Source: the human T2T-CHM13v2.0 reference genome, Homo sapiens
Direction: 5' to 3' (one strand)
DNA length: 64,000 nucleotides
Assembly: GCF_009914755.1 (NCBI RefSeq)
Contig: NC_060936.1
A program made the translations under genes and the position numbers. This document shows positions 41,701 through 55,210 of this stretch, in pieces. Position 1 is the stretch's first letter. Every line of letters begins with the position of its first letter. A model generated the notes under the pieces. That model saw only the letters and a list, made by a program, of their open reading frames with translations, ran no database searches and was not told the DNA's origin.

Positions 41701-42308
41701 CTCTCTATGTGAGGTGCTGAGGTAATGGAAAAGATGACACTGTTGATTTATCAGTAGTGACAGTGACATTCCAATGAACCTGAAAGGGATAAAGATTCTA
41801 CTCTGCTTATAAATGTTCATGTGCCTGTGCTCTTTCTCCAAATCTCATCAGGATTATTCAAACCAGCAGTCTCTGACAGGCCACAGTGGAAACCTCAAGA
41901 TATTCACAGCTGCTCTAGTCTGGAGACAGGCCAGAAAGCAGATGAGAGCAGTTTTTCCGTTCCTGGGCTGTTGCCCCTGTAATTTAGAAGTTCCGACACT
42001 GGAAAACAAGAAGAACTCAGGGGCTCACTTAAAAGCAAGCTCAGTGTGGGGTCTCCAATGTCGTGCAGGGAAGCTGCTAGTCAAAACTTGCTAATTTGAA
42101 ATGGGTTCACTGACTCCTTCTTCGGACTCAGGGAATGAAGTCTTTTTTCCCCACTTAGGAGTTTTTCTTCGGCTCCTTATTTCAAATTCCATAAAAGAGA
42201 CAACAGGAAAAGCTGGCCCTAGCCCAAGAAGCAGAGATGAAAACCAGATCTCTATTTTTGTAAGTGTGATGTCTATAGGTTGCCTTCTATTTTATATCAG
42301 AAAGTTCT

Positions 42309-42328
42309 ATTGTTTCCATGGAAACAAT
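42309..42328. promoter_or_regulatory. Candidate RFX X-box (perfect 20-bp palindrome)
   Basis: ATTGTTTCCATGGAAACAAT contains the symmetric X-box GTTTCCATGGAAAC, in sequence I do not recognise as a repeat. Confidence 0.5.
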
Positions 42329-44021
42329 GAGTGTGGCTGAGGATCCCTACAGGACCTCAGCACTTTTGGGGCTTGGGTGATTGGTGCTATTGGCTTGGTG
42401 ATTCCAAAAACCTCCCTAAGTTTCAAAATTTTAAAGCTCAAGCCAACCTTCTCACACCCCTGCTGTGCTCCTCCCATCTCTTTGACACACAGATACCTCA
42501 TGCATATGGCACTGCTCTGAGCTCTGAAGGTGTTAGGAAAATCCTCCCTGCAGAAATATGACCTGTGATAAAGAACTAAATAAAACATTTTTTGGCAAGA
42601 ACATTTCTGAAGATCTTTCCAATCCAGAAATATTTTTTTTGTTTTCAGTAACCCTACCAAGGCTGAACCAGGATGCCTATAAAAAGCCTTCTGTGTTCCC
42701 CTAAGCACTCTTAATGAATCCTCAGGAAGGATGGAATAAGAGGGGGGTCAGAGACCTGAAGCCCGTGCCAGAGGCTGAGCATGCCAGCTTGGCTTGGTGC
42801 ACTGGTGGCAGTGCTCAGGGCCCCTGCCTCCTGTCCTCCCATTGGCATGGTCTCAGCCCACACTCCTTAAGGGAATTGGCTGTGCTCCTGGCTTGTCTCG
42901 CCTGTGTGTCTGCTAGTTATCGAACAAAGGGTGGGATTACTTCCATGCCCAGTTTCCCAGATGCTCGCAAGCACAGAGCCAAGAATCAGCTGAAACAGAA
43001 GGGACAACTGAGCAGAGAAGCCCTCTTGATGAGACTCGGCCACACTTGAGCTGTTGTTCCTGCCACGAGACACACCTGTCATATAAAAGCCAACAAGCCA
43101 TACAGGAAACATGGTGTGCCTCCTGTTTACAGCCGATCCTAGAAAACAAAAACTTTGCTGAGACAGCACCAAACGTGAAAATGGGGAGACCAGCCAAGGG
43201 GCCTGAACCGTGCACAGCCCCTCTCCCTGTTGCATAGACAGGAGGAGGAGTCAAAAGCTAAGAAGGTTTTGCTGCTTCCAGAAGCTGTTCCCTCACCTCC
43301 TCCTCTCCTTCACTAGGTATATTTTCCCCAATCTTCAAGGACTAGCTTCAGAGCCTGAAACTCCAGGAGCTGACCCCCTGATAAAACTTTTTACCCCAAA
43401 GTAAACGCAGGCAAGATGCTTGCTCCGGGTGGAATGATGGGCACCTCTTGGTTCATGGCTACCTTCTGCAAGCTAAAAGGACCTACAGGGTAGGGGTGCA
43501 TACTATCCCTGGAAACCGAAACACAAGAAAGTCTCTTAAAACCCCCTTGATCACCCAAATGCCCAGAAGTCACTGGACCATCTGAGGCTCCTCCAGCCCC
43601 AATTCCTTCAGGAGCTAATTGCAGAAGAATTTCAAAAACGATCTCTCATCAACTTGTCCAAGGAAACCAGGACTCAATATACCAGAAAGTTGTGAAAATG
43701 GGGTGTCCAGTGGGATGACTAGATCCAAGGTTTAGGGAGAATTAGAAGGGAGATAGGAGAATTGAAGAAAGGTAAGGACAAAGAGGAAGATTATTCCAGG
43801 GCAAGAGAGAAAAAACCAAAAATATTAATTGGAGTAAATAAGAAAAGTATTAATTGGAGCTGTTTTGAGGGATCCAGAGAGGAAACCATTCCCCTGGCAC
43901 AAGGTACATGTTTTAAGGGCAAGAGAAAAAAACATATGAAGAGCACTGAGTAAAAGCACTGAATTTTTTTCCTGGCTACTCCTTTGGAAAGAAGAAAGGG
44001 GAATTGTGTCCATAATTATGC

Positions 44022-44347
<326 letters not shown>

Positions 44348-44589
44348 TGAGGTTAAGGAAACCAACTTGGTCCTTGGATCAAGTCATTTATTTCTATAAA
44401 GCAGCTCCAGGCTGCTATAGGTAAGGAGAAGAGACATAATAATATAGATCAATACTGACTTGGGAGTCTTCTCTTCTGTGAGTTTCCATGAACAAAATTT
44501 GGGAGTCAGGGATATGGAAACAGAAGGGAGCTGCAACTCATTGAGCATCGCTCTGCTTTGAGCCCTGGGCTGAGTGCTTTATATTCAGG

Positions 44590-45470
44590 ACCTTTGTACT
44601 CCAGATCCATACAAGCAGCTGCCCACCCAATATCCCCACTTGGGTGTCTAAAGGCATCTCAAACTCATCCCAAATTGAGCTTCTGCTCTTTCCCCCATAT
44701 CCTGTTCCAGCCACAGTCCTTCATTCAGTGGATCTCAGCTCCATCCTTCCAGTGGCTCAAGCCAAAAGTGTTGGAGTCATGCTTCACCCTGTACTGCTCG
44801 CATACCCCATGCCTGCTTCAGTAAGAAAATCTGTTGGTTCTACCTTCAAAATGTAATCTGGAATGGCTGTACTTTTCCCTACCCCTACTGGCTCCACCCT
44901 GGTCCAGACCATCCTTGTGTCTCACTTGGATGATTGCAATGTTCTCCTTGCTTCTACTCTTGCTCCTTTGCAATCTATTCCCACCACAGTGGCCAGGGGG
45001 ATGTTTTTTAACATGTCATATCATGTCATTCCACTGGTCAAAATCCGCCAACAGCTTCTCATTCTACTCAGAGTAAAAGCCCAAGTCCACCCATCTGGAC
45101 CACATTCCCTCCCTGATTCCATCTAGTGATACCCCTTGCCCACTCGGCTTCAGCCTCACCAGCCTCTAGGCATCAAAGCTTTTGTGCTTACTGTTTCTTC
45201 TGCCTAGAGTCCCTGTCCCTAGATCTCACCCCCTCAAGTTTTTTCTCAAACATTACTGTGGGGAGGCTTTCCCAACTAATCTGAATAAAATGGCCTTCTT
45301 TCCTGCTTAATTTGTTTTCCAGAGCCCATATACAGTAACTCTTATTTATTTTCTTTATTTATCATATGTCTCTCTTCCCTAGAATGTAAGTTCCTGAAGT
45401 TAGGATTTTACCCACTGCTGTATCCCCATTGCCTAGAATGGTCATTGACACACGGTGAATGCATGATGAG
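44590..45470 (+). mobile_element. L2 LINE 3' region
   Basis: 'cacttgggtgtctaaaggcatctcaaactca...cttccagtggctcaagccaaaa...ttctaccttcaaaat...ctagaatgtaagttcctga'. Confidence 0.8.
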
Positions 45471-45503
45471 TGATCTATGTAGTTGTGCCCTCTGTAAAAA
45501 GTC

Positions 45504-45699
45504 TGCTGGGCACGGTGGCTCATGCTTGTAATCCCAGGGATGTGGGAGGCTGAGGTGTGAGAATTACTTGAGCCTAGGAGTTTGAGCCTGCAGTGAGCTG
45601 TGATCACATCACTGCACTCCAGCCTGGGCAACAGAACGAGACTGTCTCAAAACAAACAAACAAACAAACAAACAAACAAATAAATAAATAAAATAAAAA
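45504..45699 (+). mobile_element. Monomer-length Alu (FAM/FRAM-like or deleted AluJ) with (CAAA)n(TAAA)n tail
   Basis: 'ctgggcacggtggctcatgc...ggagtttgagcctgcagtgagctgtgatc...gactgtctc'. Confidence 0.88.
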
Positions 45700-46170
45700 A
45701 GCTATGAGTTGATGAATCTATCTCAAATCTATTCTTCATCCAGAGTCCTCATTCCAAGTGAACTAGGCACCCAACATCATGAGCTGCCTAAACTGTTGAC
45801 CAGAGCATCAGCTCACGCAGCCCCAGGGAGATCCCTGATGTTCAGGCACTGTTGGGGGAGGAAGACAAGGTACAAAGAAACCAACAGGAGTCAATGTCAA
45901 GGATTTCACAGGGGATAGGAAATTTTGATTTGGTTCATGCAGCTTGGATTCCTTCAGAAAGCCTTGAACTGCCACCATTAGAAAAAGATACACACACATA
46001 CACACACATGCACACACCCACACGCCCTGCCTGGGAGAACTGACATTACCAAATTCCAGAAAACCGAAAACAATCTTATCCTAACAGGGAGAGAGACATC
46101 ATGGAGAACATGGCATTTAGTAAGGAGAAAAGGAAATATAGCTCCTGAGTTTGAATGGAAGAAGAACCTA

Positions 46171-46515
<345 letters not shown>

Positions 46516-46814
46516 TCAAAGATATCTTGCTTGCCATATATTTTATAATAAAAATAAATACATGAGTTGAGGGAATGAGGTGAGGGTATCTTTAATACTG
46601 CCTTCCATTAATATCTTGGCTTTCTTTCTGAGAACACATGGTACATTCCAGGAAGACAGCCCTGTCTTATTTCTAATTTTCTAAAATGATTGTTCCTGAC
46701 TTTAGCAGTATGACATGGGTTTTTCCAAGCCCAATCACTCATGATTTTTTAGCCTAGTAATCTTTAAAACCAAAGATGCGTTTTGTCTTGGAGCTGGGGA
46801 AGAGGAAGGCAATG

Positions 46815-47020
46815 ATCATTTACAGAGCCCTATTATGTGTCAGACACTTTATACTTCACTCCTCAAATTTGAAGTTCGTATCATTATCCCTATTTCACAG
46901 ATGAGGAGACTGAGGCTTAAGAGCATTAAGTGATTTGCACATGATTGCCCAGATAGCCAAGGCTTGACCTCAGGACTAATGAACTCCAAAAATGCTATTC
47001 CTTCAACTATGCAGTGTTGC
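46815..47020 (-). mobile_element. MIR SINE
   Basis: 'attatccctatttcacagatgaggagactgaggct...taagtgatttgc'. Confidence 0.75.
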
Positions 47021-47450
47021 GTTTTTCCTACAGTGACTAACAGAAGAGTGAGAGCTGTGCCTGGACATTAATAATGAATTAGCTTTATTTGTAAACCCCT
47101 GACCAAGAAAATATGTAATACACAATATCTATACCTGTAGACATTTTCCTTCATTCAAGGAAATAGCACTTCAAAAGAATGGAAATAACACAAAACAGTT
47201 TGATGGTAAACCAAAATAATCTGTTCAGGTCAAAAGAAGTCAAACTTGATCCAGCCTTCGAAGGGCATTTTCTAGCATCATCTGAACAAATCTTACTCCA
47301 TCTGTAAGGTGGAGATAATTATTTAATTTTTAAATTTTTCATGTATGACTTTTTACACCTTTAAACATCTCTAACAATTGAAAGTCATGATGTGTATGAT
47401 TCCTGAGCGATCCATTGGGATGCTACAAATAGCTGTTAATAGAAAATCCA

Positions 47451-47757
47451 GGCTGGGCGTGGTGGTGCACACCTGTAATCCCAGCACTTTGGGAAGCCAA
47501 GGTAAGAAGATCGCTTGAGCCCAGGAGTTCAAGATCAGTCTGGGCAATAGAGCAAAACCTCGTCTCCACAAAAAATACAACAATTAGCCAGGTATGATGG
47601 TGCATTCCTGTAATCCCAGCTACTCTGGATGCTGAGATGGGATGATGGCTTGAGCCCCAGGAAGTCAAGACGGCAGTGAGGCATGACTGCACCATTGTAC
47701 TTCAGCCTGGGCAACAGAGGAAGACCCTGTCTCAAAAAAAAAAAAAAAAAAAGGAAA
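47451..47757 (+). mobile_element. Alu (AluJ-type)
   Basis: TSD AGAAAATCCA (47441-50 / 47758-67). Confidence 0.96.
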
Positions 47758-48299
47758 AGAAAATCCAAATGGGATGACAGAGTGGTTTTAGGTTGGCAAT
47801 GTCAGTAGCTCTGTGGCATGACCAGGACACAGGTTTCTCTCATCTTGCCACTCTGCCACCCTCTGTGCAACGGCTAGTCTTCTTCTCAAGGCAGGCTCTT
47901 GTAATGGTCTCAAATGGCTGCCTCAGTTCCAGCCAACATTCAGATGACAATCTTGAGAGGTGGAAAAGGAATATTCCTGTCTTGGGTCTCTTGGGTCTCC
48001 TTTTACAAGTGAGATAAAACTTCCATCATTCTGGGCCAGGCATGAAATTGCAGGGATGACCTAGGAACCTATATGCTCCTAGTGATACAGAGGCACGAGC
48101 AAAGTCCAACTGCACAAGCACATTGCAAGCCTCCTTTTTCATCCCATCTGTTAATATTCCATTGCTCAAGGCACATCCATGGCAGAACCCAAAGTCAAGG
48201 AGCAGAGAAGTATACTGCTCCTGTGTTGGCACTGTGACGAGGGTTCTGATATATGCTACTACAGGGAGTGAAGAATTGGGATCAAGGATTTAAACTACC

Positions 48300-48592
48300 A
48301 GCTACACGGGCTCATGCCTGTAATCCCTGCACTTTGGGAGGCTGAGGTGGGCAGATCACCTGAGGTCAGGGGTTCGAGACCAGCCTGACCAACATGGTGA
48401 AACCCCATCTCTACTCATAACAAAAAATTAGCCATGCATGGTGGCGTGTGCCTGTAATCCCAGCTACTCAGGTGGCTGAGGCAGGAGAATCACTGGAACC
48501 TGGAACCTTGGCTGCAGTGAGCCGAGATCGCACCACTGCACTCCAGCATGAGTGACAGAGTGAGACTCCGTCTTGGGGGAAAAAAAAAAAGA
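48300..48592 (+). mobile_element. Alu (AluS-type) with a degenerate 5' end
   Basis: TSD ATTTAAACTACC (48288-99 / 48593-604). Confidence 0.94.
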
Positions 48593-49419
48593 ATTTAAAC
48601 TACCTAAACTACCACCTGTGGTTATATTAGGCAGAACCTTATGAAACTGCCATATTTCAAATACAAAATAGTCGAATGCTGACCATCCTGTATGATTCGG
48701 TGTAATGCCATCACTGGAACTTCAGCATGACCTTTTGTCCACTGGCTATCAGAACTCTCTGGAAAGCAGAGGACACAGTTGGTGGTTCAGAAAAAGCAGA
48801 TTTACTAAGGACATAGGAAGTGAAAAACAGGTAATTATCTGTCTCTGATATAGCAGTATCATTCCCTTTAAGCAGAGTCATGCTACATTTGAATCAAGCA
48901 CTTATTAGAATTTAAAGATTATGTGAAAATAAACCTTCAAGGTTGAGTCCCAAAGATATTTTTCCCTGGGAAGTCAGATGTGTCATGGTCCCATAGGAAG
49001 ACTATTACTTTTAAGTAGAGATTTAATTACATTTTAGGATTGTCTTAATTATCCCCGCTCAATAAACTTCCTTTCCAATAGAATCCACGAGCAGCACATC
49101 CTAACAAAAGTTCCCTAGTTTGTCATCCCCTCATCCCTTTTCCCCTCCACCACGCATATACACCCATGAACTTGATTTCCCTGCCTCCACCTTAGTTCAT
49201 TCTCATCTCTTTGGAATACCTGTTAGTCACTTGCTGACCTCCAGTCATCCTTTCCACACTCCTGTCCCCATGCAAACTACCTCCTCTGCCTTCCCATAAT
49301 ACTCTATATATCTGTAATATAGAATTTAACACATTGTAACAAAAATATGTAAGTATACATCCATTTCACCCTCTAGATTATGAACTCCTTGAGTTCAGGG
49401 ACTGTGTTTTATTTATCTT

Positions 49420-49764
49420 TGTTTTTTTGTTTTGTTTTGGTTTGTTTTTGAGACAGTCTTGCTCTGTTGCCCAGGCTGGAGTGCAATGGCACAGTCTCGG
49501 CTGAGATTACAGGCATGTGCCACCATGCCCAGCTAATTTTGTATTTTTAGTAGAGATGGGGTTTCTCCATGTTGGTCAGTCTGATCTTGATCTCCCAACC
49601 TCAGGTGATCTGCCTGCCTTGGCCTCCCAAAAAATTTTGTATTTTTAGTAGAGATGGGGTTTCGCCATGTTGGCCAGGCTGGCTCGAACTCCTGACCTCA
49701 AGTGATCCACCCTCCTCAGCCTCCTAAAGTGCTAGGATTACAGGTGTGAGCTACCGCGCCCGGC
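49420..49764 (-). mobile_element. Rearranged Alu (right-arm deletion plus duplicated left arm)
   Basis: 'aattttgtatttttagtagagatggggttt' occurs twice (about 49535 and about 49633). Confidence 0.9.
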
Positions 49765-52023
49765 ACTCTCAGTTTATTTTTGGCTTGTGCAAAGTCTAAA
49801 GCAGATGTGCCTGCTTGGGCAGCTCTCCACCAAGTGGTAACGCAGGGATCCAACCTTCTTCCATCTTGACACTACCATCTTCAACATGTGGCTTCTAAAA
49901 ACAGTGCAAACATGAGACATGTCATGGGAAAGGCACAGCAGATGCTCACCACCTTAGCTCAGAGATGACACAAATGACTCCTTGGCTAGTCACATGGCCT
50001 CAGTTAGAAATGGGGGTGTGGCGAGGAAGGCGGGTGGGAGGGCCTGGATGAGCAACAACTCTACACGATGGAAAGGGAGCATGAATCTTTGGTAGTTAGC
50101 TAACTATCTCTGCTACAGGGAGGAGAGAGGAAGAAAGGTAGGGAAAAAGGGAGGGAGGGACTTACTCAATGCCTAAATACATACATACTACTTTTTAAGT
50201 CCTGTGCAAAGACTTCTCAAATTTTCTGCCACTTAGATCCTTAAAACCAGATGTAGAAAGCAGTTGAACAATATGCTGAGAGAAAACACACCAAATATAA
50301 AAACTAAAAATAAGGAGGAGCCCATTGCAGTTTCATGTCTTAAGCACAGTCAGGAGGAAGGAAAGCTTCAGGATCTGGGGACAGGGTATACATATGTCTG
50401 CTTGAGTTCCATGTCTTAACTTGAGAGAGGAAGAGAGAAGAGGAGAATAGCAGGAATCTGCTCAACTGGAAAGCTTCTAAGGAGAGGAGGCTTATGGGAG
50501 AAGCGTTATCAAGGGATACATCCTGCTATGAAGAAGGCAGAGTGTTCAGAGTGAAAAGCAAACCAGGGAATTGGGGGGACATGACTGGGTCATGAGAGAA
50601 TCATAGTCATCACTATTTGGGAGTGGATGAGGAGTGAATCACCAATATGAGACTACATGTCCAGCTATTGCAGTTCAATGCGAAACATCTCTAACAAGTC
50701 ATTTTAGCACCAGTAAGCTCCTGCTCTTGAGAAAAGCAACCACTATCCAGGAGGTTGCATACAGTGAGGAGGTCTGGGATTGGAAGCCGGGGGGTGAGAG
50801 AGGAGGAGTAAAAGCATCTGTGGTGGAGACTGATAGCTGTTCACTCAAATCCATTTCCTCTTCTTCCTGGGCACAGGGCCTCCCTTGCAGTTCAGCATTG
50901 CCATGTCAATGAAATATGAATAGAAATAGTATGGGCCCCTTTCAGAATCAGCCTATAAAATCCTCCTATGTGTGATCCTCCAAGTGTCTTCATCCTCTGC
51001 CAGCAAGATGCACATGGCAGTGAGGTCTTATGTTTTGGTGAAGCCACATTTGAACCTGGGTCCTTGAATGACTTCATGGAAGAGAGCCTACTTGCCTAGC
51101 TGGACACCTGCCAGGACTGTTAGATGAGCAAGAAATTAATTTCTACTCAATGATAGACACTGTGACTGCCACCCAGATTCCATTTCAATCAAGGACTTAT
51201 TGCCACAGCTGAGGTAGTGCTGTCAGCAAAGAGTCCCTTCAGGGGCTGCCTCCCTGAAGAACAAGAGAATGGTTTTATTTAAGGTTATGCCCTTTTGAGA
51301 AAAGCCCACATCTGGGGATCAACCAATGTGAGGCTCCATGTCCAACATTGTGGTTCAATGTAAAGCATCTCTAACACGGCATTTTAGCACCAGGGCTTCT
51401 GTAGTCTTGACCAAGGTTTAAAGCATCTGGCCTGATTTACAGATCAACTTCTCTTTTGCCCAGTGCTGCTTCCGTTTACTCTTTTCTACAGGTTTTTAAT
51501 GAAAGAACACTCTTTAATCAACATCTGGCACACTAAACCCTCAGAGTCGCCTTCCTGGACCCCCTGTCTCCCCCTGCCATGCCCCGTAAATACACTATGT
51601 TGTTGGATGTGTTTCATCTATATGCTGTGTTAGTTCAGATAAGCCATGGCATATTTGATCTACATATAGATGAAACATTTCTTCTGCTGACACGGCTATG
51701 CTAGGTTGGCCAGCACACATGTTCCTTGCTATGTAGAAAAGTCTAGGCCGTCTGCAATAGGAGAGAATTTTGTCAAGACACAAGCAGTAGAGACAGAGGC
51801 AGATGGGAGAGAGAAAATCCAGCTGGAGTGAGTCTCTTCCCAGTTTTTGTAGCAATGATTCCTAAAACTTTTCCTTCAGCAACTCTAGTATCTTCCCCAG
51901 TGACAGAAGCCATTGACTCCCTTTTCCTTCCTACTTTTTTTTTCTTAAGATGGCTTAAACTGGGTTTCTGTCATTTGCAACCAAAAAAGTCCCAATACAA
52001 GCGGTTTTGTGCTATGTAAGTGA

Positions 52024-52545
<522 letters not shown>

Positions 52546-52739
52546 TGAGACACAGAGAGATTATGAAATACACCCGAGGTTACCCAGTTTATGAGTGATA
52601 GATACCCCCAGCGCCTGTGCTCTTACCCAGTGATGCTCTCTTGCCTGTGTTCACACAGCCTGAGATGGGGACATGAGAGGCTTCTGTCTCATATGGGTTA
52701 TATTCATGAATGACTAGGGTTCTTTCCCTTCTCTCTCTC

Positions 52740-53040
<301 letters not shown>

Positions 53041-54179
53041 TAGGTCCTTCCCCTTCTCTTTGTGCATCCATTATAACTTGCAAGAGCAACTACCTTACAG
53101 AAGTTAACAGCAAAAATGAACCAGAAGGCAGAGAAATTGATCCCCAAACTAACAAGCAAAAGAAGTAATTAGGGGTGAAACTGTGAGAGGAAAAGCCAGG
53201 GCTGGGAGGGTGTGCAGACCTGAAGTTATTTAAATGATAAAGGCACGGGGTGCTGCAGGAGAGACGTTGAAGGGTTAATGTTGGACATATAAACACTAGA
53301 CCCGTTGGGAAGAGCCCAAGAGGCAGAGCAATCAGCTCTGAACAGTACACAGGAGGCTGACCAAAGAGCAGTGCTTTCTAAGCCAGGACATGGGCTAGAA
53401 CCTGCCAGATAGAATGTGGTTTTCTCAAGAACCAGGAGAATGGGGTCAAGAAAGGTCAAGCTGGTAGGGAAACTGAGAGAGGCTCTGAGTCAAGAAAACC
53501 TTGGAGGGTAAAGTGTCAGGTCTCTAACTTCACAGTCCCTATTATCATGTAACTGTGAACTCTTCACACCCCGAGACTTCACATATTGGAGTGAAGAATT
53601 GGTTTCTTAAACTTCAAGGGCTAGGTGAGTGTGATGTTTCCTTACTGAGCCAAGGAATAACAGAAGAGTACGGGGCAGAGCTACATTCCCAGAGAAAAGT
53701 CAAGAGGAGTCCAGTCCTGACCCTGTGTCCACCATCACCCATGGGAGACAATGGTGAAGGCTTCTGCTGCTGAGTGTGGGGGACTCTGGCATTTTGTCAC
53801 CACTCTTAAACTGAGTTTGCCTCCAAATATGTTAGCCTGCTTTAGAATAAACAGTGATAACAATCCATTTATTTGCAGAGAAGGACTTCCCTCCACTTGC
53901 CCTGGGTTAAGCTAAAGTAGAATGAAATATTGGTAAAGGCGGGCAGGCACACATTTCATCCATCACTGCTTTTTTTCCAGGATGCTTTTGACTACATCTT
54001 ATGTGCATATAATGTCTCTGATGATAAATATTTCAAGATTAGAAGATTCTCCTTATTTACCACTGCCTACAGTCACTTTTTACAGTTTCACACCAATTTA
54101 ACTATGAATACCAACTATGGTAGGTGATGACATACATTAGCTCACTTAGTGTTTGAAACTACCTCAAGAAAAGGGCATT

Positions 54180-54965
54180 ATTATATTTCGATTGTGGTAA
54201 AATATCCATAACATAAAATGTACCATTTTAACCGTTTGGAATTTACAGTTCAGTGGCATTCAGTATATCTACTTGTTGTACAACCATCACCACCATCCAT
54301 CTCTAAAACCCTTCCATCATCCCCCAACTGTCACCACCATCCGTCTCTAAAACCCTTCCATCATCCCCCAACCATCACTATCATCCATCTCTCTAAAACC
54401 CTTCCATCATCAGCCACTGAAACCTCACACCCATTAAACAATAACTCCCCATTCCCTCTTTCCTCCCAGCCCCTGGTAACCATTATTTTGCTTTCTTTCT
54501 TTATTTAGCTACTCTAAAGTCAAATTGTACCTCAGATAAGGGCAGTCATAATATTTGTCCTTTTGTGTCTGGCCTATTTCACTTAGCATGTTTTTGAGGT
54601 TTGCCTATATTGTAGTTTATGTCAGAATTTTTTTCCCTTTTTAAGGTTGAATATATTCCATTGTGTGTGTGTGTACATACATGTAAGTATGTATTTTGTT
54701 TATCCATTTATTCTTTAATAAATATTTGGGTTATCCTTTTGGATTTTGTGAATAATGCCGTTATAAACATGGATGTCCAAATTTCTGTTCAAGTCCCTCC
54801 TTTCAATTCTTTTGGGTGTATACCTGGAGACGGAATTACTGGATTATATGCTAATTCTATTTTTAAATTTTTTAGGAACCTCCCTAATGTCTTCCACAGT
54901 GGCGGCACCGTTTTTCACTCCCACCAGTAATGCACAAGAGTTCTAATTTCTCCATATCCTTGAAA
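54180..54965 (-). mobile_element. L1MB-like 3' end
   Basis: 'tgtggtaaaatat...aacataaaatgtaccattttaacc...ggaattactggattatatgctaattctatt'. Confidence 0.85.
54281..54411. repeat. Tandem triplication of a 44-bp unit
   Basis: Unit CAACCATCACCACCATCCATCTCTAAAACCCTTCCATCATCCCC begins at 54281, 54325 and 54369. Confidence 0.92.
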
Positions 54966-55210
54966 GCCATTATATTTCATCCCCAACATTACAGACAAGG
55001 AAACTGAGGCTCACAGAAATGAGGACTTCTCACAGTTACAAGCTACTGAATATCAGATCCCCTACGGGAAGCCAGGATTCCTGACTCCCTGTCCATCGCA
55101 CTTCCCCAGTCCTACAGCTGCCTCAGTCACAGAACAGCAAAAGTAGAAGCCCACTGAAACCCAAAACCAGCAGAATTATATCCAGGAAAGAATTTGTGTC
55201 TGGGAGTTAC

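Noticed and set aside
42307-43254. Cluster of overlapping 100-130-aa ORFs on both strands
   Set aside because: Moderately GC-rich sequence gives chance ORFs; no domain similarity or convincing exon structure
54281-54411. CRISPR-like array
   Set aside because: Head-to-tail units with no spacers in mammalian L1 DNA
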